Assembly (NCBI GenBank): GCA_002269645.1
Contig: NIVC01000976.1
Span: 248,001-312,000, forward strand
Length of the DNA stretch: 64,000 nt
Direction of reading: 5' to 3'
Origin: Macrostomum lignano
Taxonomy: Eukaryota
Both the position numbers and the translations under genes were made by a program. The notes under the pieces were generated by a model, which had not been told where the DNA came from, did not search any database, and was given only the letters and a program-made list of their open reading frames with translations. Position 1 is the first letter of the stretch. Every line of letters starts with the position of its first letter. Positions 54,435 through 64,000 of the stretch are shown here, piece after piece.

Positions 54435-57400
54435 TTAGGTCGACTCCGTCACGCCCGGTTGACTGTGCACTATCAGGGCCGCTGTGGTCGAGGAGCCCCC
54501 ATTGCGAGACTGGTCAGCGTCATCGGGGTCCTCTCCATCGATTTGCTGCGCGACCACAGCCTCCTCCGTCATTGGAATCTGTTGACACTTCGAAGTGGAT
54601 TGCTCACCCAACGTTTTGAGGCGTTCTTCGTCGGGATCTGTGCGACCGCCGCCGCTGTTGAGCAGGCTGCGGCACCGGCGCGGTAGGCAGGCCTTCAGGC
54701 TGGCTCGAATCTCTTCGTTCAGCCAGCCGTACAGGTAGGGGTTGACGCAGGCTGAGCCTAGGGCGAACAGGCGCACAAAGAGCTCGAGGATGTTCCAGGA
54801 GTCGTGGACGATTGAGCTGTCTGGAAGTTTGTTGATTGGTTTGCAGAATGGATCTGGATGGATTTGGATGGATCTGAATGGATCTGGATGGATCTGGATG
54901 GATCTGGATGGGTCTGGATGGATCTGGATGGATCTGGATGGATCTGGATGGATCTGGATGGATCTGCAATTTCTGGTGCACAGTCGGCCCGCTGTCAGCG
55001 AGGAAGCAACAAGGCATGTCCATTCCGCAGAATACAAATTCATGTAGGCACACAGGCACACAATCATGTAGGCACACAGGCACACAATCATGTAGGCACA
55101 CAGGCACACAATCATGTAGGCACACAGGCACACAATCATGTAGGCACACAGGCACACAATCATGTAGGCACACAGGCACACAATCATGTAGGCACACAGG
55201 CACACAATCATGTAGGCACACAGGCACACAATCATGTAGGCACACAGGCACACAATCATGTAGGCACACAGGCACACAATCATGTAGGCACACAGGCACA
55301 CAATCATGTAGGCACACAGGCACACAATCATGTAGGCACACAGGCACACAATCATGTAGGCGCGTCACGTTGGTCCATCTGAACGACTGTACAATCTAAC
55401 TGCACATACATTTGTTTTTGGCATTCATGGTCGTGAATCTCACAAGCACTAACTAGGCCAGTGTTTCCTGCGTGAACCCCAAAGTTGCAAAAATATACAG
55501 TTCTGTAAACGACTCCATTTAAGGGGTCATCGTTGTCGCTAGTTCAGTTCCTTGATAGAGCTGCCCTCTCTATTACTGCCCTGTCGGCGTTATATTGTCA
55601 TTGTCAGTTTCTTCATTTAACCCCGTGGCCGTAAGAGTTAATTGTATAACTTTTTTATATAAATAAATATTTAGAAGAATAAAACTCGACAAGATATCAA
55701 CCAGTGGTGTATCCTGGATTTTTTTCCAAGGGAGTGAGTTGATAGCAACAAATTGATTTCTGAATCTGCAATTCAATCAGCTTAGAATAGTTCATAGAAA
55801 GAAAGTTGAATCTCCGATTCAGTTTTAGGTCGTCATTGCTTAACCGAGAAAGGAAGTACGAGCGTAAATATACTCGTACGCTAGAAAAAGTACGCAGTGA
55901 GAGCAAAGCTTCATGTTGGCACCACTTCTGCTCAGATCTTCGACTCTCAGTCCCAGCCACGCTCGCCTTTCTGCCTGCTCTAAGAATTCTCAAAAGTCTC
56001 CCTGATTAATCCGCGCAACACCAGAAGCTAGCTCTGCATGGCATTCTCCTTTTTCGATCCTTTTCTTTGAGCTGCAACAAGCGTAAAAACGTTTGTGTGG
56101 AGATCGGGAAAATCAGAATTTAGAGCTAGAGGATTACCCGTGCTCCAGGGACGCCTCCGGCTATCAACCCGTTTGCTGTGAGCAGCGCTCGTTATTCCCA
56201 GTTTGTGCGAATTCGAGCACTTGTCATTCGAGCTTGTCATTTTTCGAATTATTGGCCTTCTATCACATTAACAAAATAAAATTCTTGAGCTTCTTTCAGC
56301 ATTTTCATGGAACCCTAGTAGTAAACAGCATCATTATTTTCTGTTAAAAGAACGTCAGCATTAAAAAATGATATTGAAAATCATTGCACAATCATCGGCT
56401 GTATCAGATATCACCTGCGAGCGTATCTCTTGTAAATATTTCAAATGCAAAGTTTGAGATGCCTGAACGTTACTACTAATTTATATTGTCCATGAAAAGC
56501 ATTGCACCACAGATATTCAAGTCAATCATTTTCATTCAAATTTCACAAAAATTAATGCAAAGTAAGCAGTTCAAATCCGTAGATTGAAGTCCCTCCAATG
56601 CTTATCCAGTCCGAGCCATTGGCAAGCAATGCCCGCTTATCTCCCTGCCAGCTGCCGCTTTTTAGGAACTCGGGGCAGCGTAAAAAGCAGATTTATTCGA
56701 GAAAGCGTCGTGCGGCAATGCCGCCGCAGGTTCAAGTGCATGCAGTGAGCCCAGATGGAGGAGTTGCAGCATCCACAACTGCATCGCCTACTGCAATGCA
56801 GTCGGAAATACGCGAAAAGTCTGCACAATCATGCCAGCAAAGCTTTTTTGTACCTTGCCTGACAACCGGATTCCTGGGCCGAACCGAAAACAGCATGAAT
56901 AGCGGCAACAATCGTTTTTTGTGGCAACCAGCCCTTGTCGGCTTTAGCAATTTGACATTTTTTCCTCGTTGAAAAAGTAAAAAGATTGCAAAAAATAATT
57001 CAGCCTGTTTCGCATAAAACGTAAAAAGTATTGTTAGACATTTTATTGATTTCTAGAACACAATGCAAGCCTCTGGATTCATACTTATCTATATATCCAT
57101 CATTTTCAGCAGAGACTCATGCAGACAATCCGATGTTTCCCTCATCCAGATTAATTTAAAATCAGTCCTCGTCAGGATTACGAGGCTGCCCAGGTCTGGC
57201 ATGTCAGGAAGTAGTTAATCATATGCAGGCATGCAGCGGTGCTATCGGACGGTGTAATCAGCTATGCGGCATTGGTCTGCAGGCTATCTGAGCCCTCCGA
57301 GCATTACGTACGGTAAACCGGGGCAGTCTACCAGTCTATGAAGCTAGCGCGATCCTGCAAAAATCTTAGACACCGACTGTCCGCATAAATCATAGCGTAG

Positions 57401-60149
57401 TCTAAGATTAGAAGGAAATTCCTAATTGGCTGGAGCCCAAGAAGCAAAAAGTACTTTTCCGTTCAAAATTCAATTAATTCAATTACGAGTCCGCTCGCTC
57501 TCCGAGGCCGCTGGCCGGGTAGCCGCATCCCCATAACATTTTGGTAGGTCGTTTTTAAAACGGCTTTTTGCCTTTAGCCTTGCATCCCAGGACCTCCCTG
57601 GGGAGAGAAGGGGAGAAATCTGTGTCCCTTGGACGAAGATGAATGAAGACTTGAAGCGAAATTGGCACAGGCAAGCTAAGACAAAAGAGAATGAGACAGC
57701 GCATCTGTCGCTGTTTGAGATTCTGTCACGTGCGCTGGCTGTATTTGCAGTTTGCAGCAGCATTTTGGCAGTAAATTCTCTCTGATCTGAATTCCTGACG
57801 CTGATTCTGTGAAGCTTTTATCCGATCTTGCCTCATATTGCACAGCTGTACTGCCCTATCAGCAGCTGGCTGCTTATTGCTCTCAAGGATGGAATTATCT
57901 CAGCCTAGATTTTCTGCTGAAATTAGACACCGAAATGAATTTATACGATACTGAACTCAGAATTTTTCTGGATGCCGAGCTGATAAAAAATGATGAATAG
58001 AAAATGAAACAATGCGGAAGCTCGAAGACCGGCTTAAATATCTGGATCTGATTAGAATAGACCAGCAATGGAGCGCGTGCTTGTTTTGAGATTCACCGTG
58101 TTCACAAAAAAGTAATTATCTTCATTGAATGAGACTTATTGCAATTTTTCCAGCTCATCTTTTTCGGTTTTGACTCTGTGTTGCCAACTCTTTCATGACG
58201 CAATGCTTTCAGCCGATCCCAGCCTTCAAGAGACCCAGCGATTTATGCGATTAGTTGAGCACAGAACTCACTTCCGACTTGAAATGCAACTAATCATTGT
58301 ACGGTTGATGCAAATTTTAAGTCTCCCCAAAGTTTTCCGTCTGAATTTTAGTCTGAAGCGGAAACGGCACCAGCTAACACAGCAATGCAACCGGAAGCCA
58401 ACTTGCAACAGTCATGTTTCTTTTGTTTGCTGCAGTATTATTTGTAACCAACCCAAGGTGCCTCTGATATGACAGTTTGACCCTAAACAACCTTTGCCCA
58501 GAGTTATAAGACTCACTGTCTGGTTCCATCAGAAGCCGCATATTAGCGTTGATCACGTCCCACGACTTTGTGACATTTATGCAGTCAATGAATGCCGCCA
58601 CCTTCTGCGGGTTGAGCTTCTTGTACTGCTCCACCTCCGAGACCACGTTAAACACGGACCACGGGCTCCAGAAGAAGGCAAAGCTGATCACTATGCTTAT
58701 TAAGATTCGATTCGTGCGCCGTTTTCTCTCAGTTTCCCGCTTATGCTGCACAATCCTCCCACTGAGACGGCGGTAGATACAAAAGTACAGCGCGCCGGTG
58801 ACGATTAGCGGCGTGCAGAACTGCAGGCAGAAGGCGCCGATCGAGTACACCAGACGGAGACTCTTGTCGGGCCAGCGCTCTGCGCAATAGCCGATGGTCT
58901 GACGAGTCTCCACCTGAAGTGGTTTGCGATTCGCCATGAAGTTCGACTACCAGGGTTTCATGCATTCCTGAGAAAATAACCTTAAAAGCAAAAAGGAAAA
59001 CGAATTCTATAGTGAGCATAAATGCTGAGAAAGTGACCGCCCGGGCTTACATACAATTGCAGAGTACTTACATAATCTGGGTATCTGGGAATTGAGATGA
59101 CGCTTTCTTCCATGACCCACACCCGGATTCGGTTTTCCGCCAAAATCTCTCTTAGCAATCTCGCATATGATTCTGCATCACTTCGAAGATTCTTTGACAA
59201 AAAACAAGGTTAGCGAGTAGCATAGCATTTCTCTATGCTGTGTCTCGAAAACAAACTGAACAGATCCTGAGGGAACAAGCGACCGAAAGAGTACAGCACA
59301 AAGTGGCCCCTTGAACAAACAAATTGGAGCAGACTAAAGAGTTTTCTCCCCGCGGAACAGGAATTTGCACTCAGCGCAGATCTGCTGGAGGCAATCCATG
59401 TCCCGCAGTTGCCACCCCCACTTGGTTGGTCGGTGACCATTTGCAGTGAATGTAGCCTCTAAGTAACTACAAACTAATTTCAGTTGTAGAGAACTCAGAA
59501 GCAATTGTTCCTTTTCCCAGAATGCCACGGCAGCACCAGCCCCACTTGCATCAAGCCTACCGTGTTGAAGACTATCGCAGGCGAGTGCACCAACAAGCCG
59601 AGCAGCACAGTCAGGAGCAGGAGACCCCCAGCCTCTCTGCGGCTCATTCTCCGGCCGTGGGGATGGCAGATCAGCCTGTACCGATCCACCGCTACCCACA
59701 GTATGATGAGGCAGCTTGCGTAGATCGGCACGCTTAGCGAAGTGAGCAGCACGCGGCAGTAGAAGGTCCTCGGTAGACTGGCAGCAATGTAGTTCCGGCG
59801 GGTGAGATCGTACACCAGCAGCGATGGCATCAGCATGCCACAGATGAGGATGTCGCTGAGCGACAGGCCCAGCACAAACATGTTAGTCACGTTGGCGAAT
59901 TCGCGTCGCTTTACCAAGCTGACTGCGACCATGAGGTTGCTGAACAGCCCAAGCAGGATGAGCAGCGCGTACAGAACCAGCAGCAATGCCACCACAGCGA
60001 CGCCATCGGGTTTACCAGCAGCGGAGGCCGTGGAATCGGCGGAATCAGTGGCATCTGAATCTGTCACCGTTGCATCTTCCAGAGACGGTGGAGGCGGGAC
60101 GGGGCCACTCGTGTTCAGACTGCTCAGGTAGTAATTGAAGCAGAGTGAT
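54435..60149 (-). CDS. Class A neuropeptide GPCR, NPY/NPF-receptor-like, 5'-partial; exons 60149-59561, 58913-58517, 54820-54435
   Basis: TM motifs GLFSNLMV, LSLSDIL, VAVDRYRLICHP, YCAERWP, FAFFWSPW and SACVNPYLYGWLN. GT-AG junctions are frame-compatible. The start codon lies in an unidentified upstream exon. Confidence 0.85.
54848..54966. repeat. 10-bp tandem repeat next to the last GPCR acceptor
   Basis: ggatctggat, about 12 copies. Confidence 0.93.
55041..55360. repeat. 24-bp minisatellite in the GPCR intron, about 13 copies
   Basis: catgtaggcacacaggcacacaat. Confidence 0.97.
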
Positions 60150-63100
60150 CTGCAGGTAGAAAGCAATTTAATTATAATGCAGATCGCTGGATCAATAACT
60201 TTAAAATATAAAATAAGTTCATAGAAATCAACTCACACTCGGCTCATTATAGCAGACTTTGAGTCGCACCAGACGCAGTGTGCCATGATGACGAGTAGAT
60301 GCTGGCTACTCAAATTCCTGTTCTCCTGGTTAGCTATAAAGGTTTATATGCCTGCTGAATTATTAGAATTTCAGGAGCCACGGCCCATAACAAAAAAGCC
60401 CCGTTGCAATTGTAGTGGAAAACTATAAATTTACCGACCCAATAAGCATTCTGATTTTTCAGAAATGATTGATTGAGTAATGATAGAGAAAAAATGCCCA
60501 CTGTCTCAGCTATAAAAAGGGCTTTTTAATGGTATACCATTCAAATGGTAAGAAACGTGCATCTAAGCAGACAGACCCTGCTTAGTAAAAAGGATGCATG
60601 CTAGTTTTCGACTCAACTTCTTCAGAGTCGACGCTGGACTTACCTGCAAACTCTTTAGCGGTAATCTTGCAGAACGATCCTTGTCTGCAGATGTCGCTAA
60701 CTACGTCGTCAATAAGGACCATGCTTGAAGAATCAGAACAGGTAGCAAATTGAAAAAGCGATAATTCTAGCGGAGAAAACCTCGATGCCAGAGAGTGGCC
60801 CTTTCACTTCCTGGATTCATCGCCAAATAAATCCTTTAAATACTTTTTTGCCTCGGTTGGCTCGGCTGAGAAATTCCTAGCCAGCCCGCACTGGCCCGTT
60901 CGCCCCAGCCAATAAGCGGTGGCGCCCCCGCATCCTCTGCAGCAGCCGGCCAACCTTTTTTTGCTCGATTCAAGCGCTGTTTTTACCTTTCGCAACCCTT
61001 GACCGGTCCTGGCCAGGCTGGAAATCCTCTTACGGCAGGCACGGCGGAGCTGTATTGACTGAGTGAGGCCAAATTAAATATTCAAACTGCCAGCATGCCG
61101 GGATGCGCGGCGGTGCGCAAACGAAACGATTGCCAAACAAAGCTGAGCCTTCAGCTTGATGGCTGAAGAAATGACTGCAGAATTCGCTCCCCCCTCCCGG
61201 TCTTCGCTTGAACACACACACCCAGCTTGCCGGGGAAAATCTTGACACAACAATGGCTAAGGAAAAAACGAAGAATTTCCCGATGAGCTGGCGTCGGCGG
61301 GACGGAATGCTCTTAAGCTTCCGTGAAGCTGAGTCTAAGATTATGAGGATAAACTTCTAGGGCATTTTTGCGAGTGTTCAGCACAGAATAAAGTCCTTTG
61401 TAATCAGGTACATGGTGACTGAAACACCAGTAGTGAAAGCTGTTGTCTTGAGAAGGCATACCGGCTGCAGGATCGCTAATTCAGAGGAGTTCGACTCCAC
61501 TTGAAAGTTCGCTCGCTTCATGAATGCGAACGAGAATGCGCACGCATCGGCTGACTTGGGCAACCAATTTAATTAGTCATCGCATCACGAAATTGCAAAC
61601 GATCAAAACAATCAACCTGAGTGGTGGGCTGGCGGACACGGAACCGCTACACCTGACGAACGGACTTCGATCCTTTAATTAGTACAATTATTATTATGGC
61701 AATCCGCGGGGGCAGAAAGTTTGCCCATCTCATTACTGAATGGCGCTGCAAAGAGCTCTTCACCCGGCTGCAGCACGAAGCTGCCGGAAAACACTAATAG
61801 CATTTGATGCATGAGGCTGCCATGAAACCCAGACTGATTCACCAATCATTAATGAGGTCAAGAGCTCGACTATGTAATCATCTTTTGCCTCAATCTACCT
61901 TGTCGGCCCACTCGATACGTGTTTACGAACCCCACGATTTACTTCTTTCTTGGCGCGAGCACAGTAGCCAGACGAGTATCTGGCGACAATTATGCAACCA
62001 ACGGAAGGAGCAGTTTCAGATAGAGCTTTTATTCCTCTATGATTAAGTAAGCTAAAATGAACTCGTTGTAGTGAATACGAGCTACTACTTACAGTAGTTC
62101 GCGACAGAAGATCTCTGAAACTCATGTCATAAGCTTGCATACATGTACTGGTATTACCGAAAGCTTCACAATCTTTTGTGTTTATTTTCGCATTAATTCC
62201 TTCCGAATGCAGGGAATATCACCTATGACAAATATTATGAGAAGTCCTTGTGGTCTGTTGACTATATATCGATACACTTCAGCTTGCCTTGATATAATAC
62301 GAAACACAATACGAACATATACTGTATGGCCTATTACACACTAGAAGTAAAAATTGTGCACGTCTTCAGTATAGAAAATATGAAAATTGTCAGAGCGAAG
62401 AAGAAATGGAGAGAAACCACAGGGGAAGAAAGAGCAATTAAGGCTCGCAGCACAGCTCTTCGGCTAATTTCAGAGGCTCATCTAGTTTAGCGTCGAACAC
62501 CCCTCAAAGCAATAAAGAAATTGCTTCCTACGTTCCGACCAGTAAAAAAGCTGAACTGCATTCCTATCTAGATCAATAAGTGCAAAAGTACTGCTAAGCT
62601 ACAAAAATAGCATAGCAAGCTACAGATATGGTTATTTCTTTGCGATGTTTGTTCTTCGTGACAGTCCGCATCAGATTTGCAAGAAGCTTTGCATGAAAAA
62701 AACATTAGCTAAGAGCATACTCTCTTCTAATTAACTTGCGTGCGTTAAAATTTACGTTTGTTAATGCGATGAGCAGAATGCGCTTGCAGATTCTGCTTGC
62801 TACTTCACTGTCACTGATGATTCGGCTGCTCCCTACAAGAGTTCATCAACCAGTTGGCTATCAGGATGCCGGGAGGAGTTGCAAGCTCGCTGTTACTTCA
62901 CGCGTAGCTGGACTCATCAATGGCATTGCCCAATTTCTGGGCCGCGTGACGGTGTGAGTTAAGGTATGGCTTTCGAAATTGTTTTTTTCTAAGAGCTTGT
63001 CTCTGTGTAGTGTAACACCGCAAGCTTTCTATACAGTGTGCTTGCTCCCTGCCCGCACTGCACTGGAGGCACAATTGCTCTAGGACTAACTGACGGCATT

Positions 63101-63437
63101 TTGCTGGTGCTTGTGCTGTCTTTATCAGCCCGAGCAGACCGTACACAGTTTTGTACGCACTGATACAGATCTGCACTGCGGGGAGGAGGGTAAGGCTTGT
63201 TGGGGCAAGGTTAGCTGCTCCACGCAAATAAACGTGAGGCATGCGTTTTCATTGTGATAATGCCAGAATTTTCTGATTCCTTACCCGACTCACTCATTCA
63301 CCCCCTCTCGCCAAATAGTTCGTCCGACATCAGCGCTGCCACAATATAAAAACAGGTCTTGCTATTTTACGCCCGTAGAATCAGAAAGTCTCACTTTTCT
63401 CAAGCAAACTCCTAAATTAGCGTCAAAGTTCTAAGTC

Positions 63438-63605
63438 ATGTCCGCCAAGATCACTCCATTGAGCCTCACGGTGCAGGACAAGGCCCGAAACGTCCACAAG
63501 GGCAGCGACGTCTTTAAGGGCAAGAAAATCATGCTGTACTTCTCGGCTCACTGGTGCCCGCCGTGCAGAACCTTCACTCCGGCCCTGGCTCTGTTCTATG
63601 AAGAG
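63438..63605 (+). CDS. Nucleoredoxin/tryparedoxin-like thioredoxin, first coding exon (gene probably continues past the window)
   Basis: LYFSAHWCPPCRTFTPALALFYEE with a WCPPC active site, followed by donor GAG|gtgcga. Confidence 0.85.
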
Positions 63606-64000
63606 GTGCGAAGCTGTTTGCCTGTTTCTCAACGCGTATTTTTGTTTTACTCGCAGTCGTCTGACACATTACGCGTCGCAAGGGGTGGTTTGCGGTTGTC
63701 TTTGTCAAGAGTTCAGTTAGCACTTGCTTTGTAAATCGTAGGAATCGTAGCATTAATAACCTTTATTCGGAGCAGAACTCGCAGAATTTTTGTAGGGTGC
63801 CACTAAAGAGCCACAGCCCAACGATTCCATAGATTTTAATGACTTCAAGCTAAATGGAGAAAGGTAAACTCAACAACAATAAAAAAGTCGCCACCTTTGA
63901 GAGTGCACAGTAAATTCCAGCTCAGTATTGACTTTTGAGTGACGCAACGCGACGCAGAGTTGGGCTGGGTGAGGAGGGATCGGGAAGATCGGATGGCGAA

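Noticed and set aside
55800-56300. Possible LINE ORF2 fragment (EKVRSESKASCWHHFCS)
   Set aside because: Short and interrupted, with no endonuclease or RT catalytic motif.
57120-57200. CUGACGA...GAAAC hammerhead-like core on the minus strand (similar CUGACGA at about 61650 on plus)
   Set aside because: Stem II and stem III pairings needed for a hammerhead cannot be formed.

Overview
Eukaryotic animal genomic DNA: GC-rich spliced exons with GT-AG introns, many of them filled by tandem repeats. The style resembles a free-living flatworm such as Macrostomum, but that is an unconfirmed inference. There are no prokaryotic features, rRNA, intact tRNA or CRISPR. The window opens with a structurally complete Ngaro-type tyrosine-recombinase retrotransposon (1658-5984, minus). 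It sits just upstream of a spliced ankyrin-repeat + Mab-21/cGAS-like nucleotidyltransferase gene (6060-8895, plus) that carries one in-frame TAG. Host genes follow: WDR61/SKI8, Elongin B, a pitchfork/CIMAP3-like ciliary gene, a fatty-acid transport protein (SLC27), KLHL18, an intronless TspO/MBR-like membrane protein, an NPY/NPF-type GPCR and the first exon of a nucleoredoxin-like gene. Other mobile DNA includes a solo LTR at the edge of a 46-bp satellite, an internally deleted Tc1/IS630-type transposon, hAT and Harbinger-type MITEs, a decayed hAT transposase and SINE-like fragments. There are about 20 tandem arrays, many with 20-bp units. All splice models and family assignments were made by eye without database searches.
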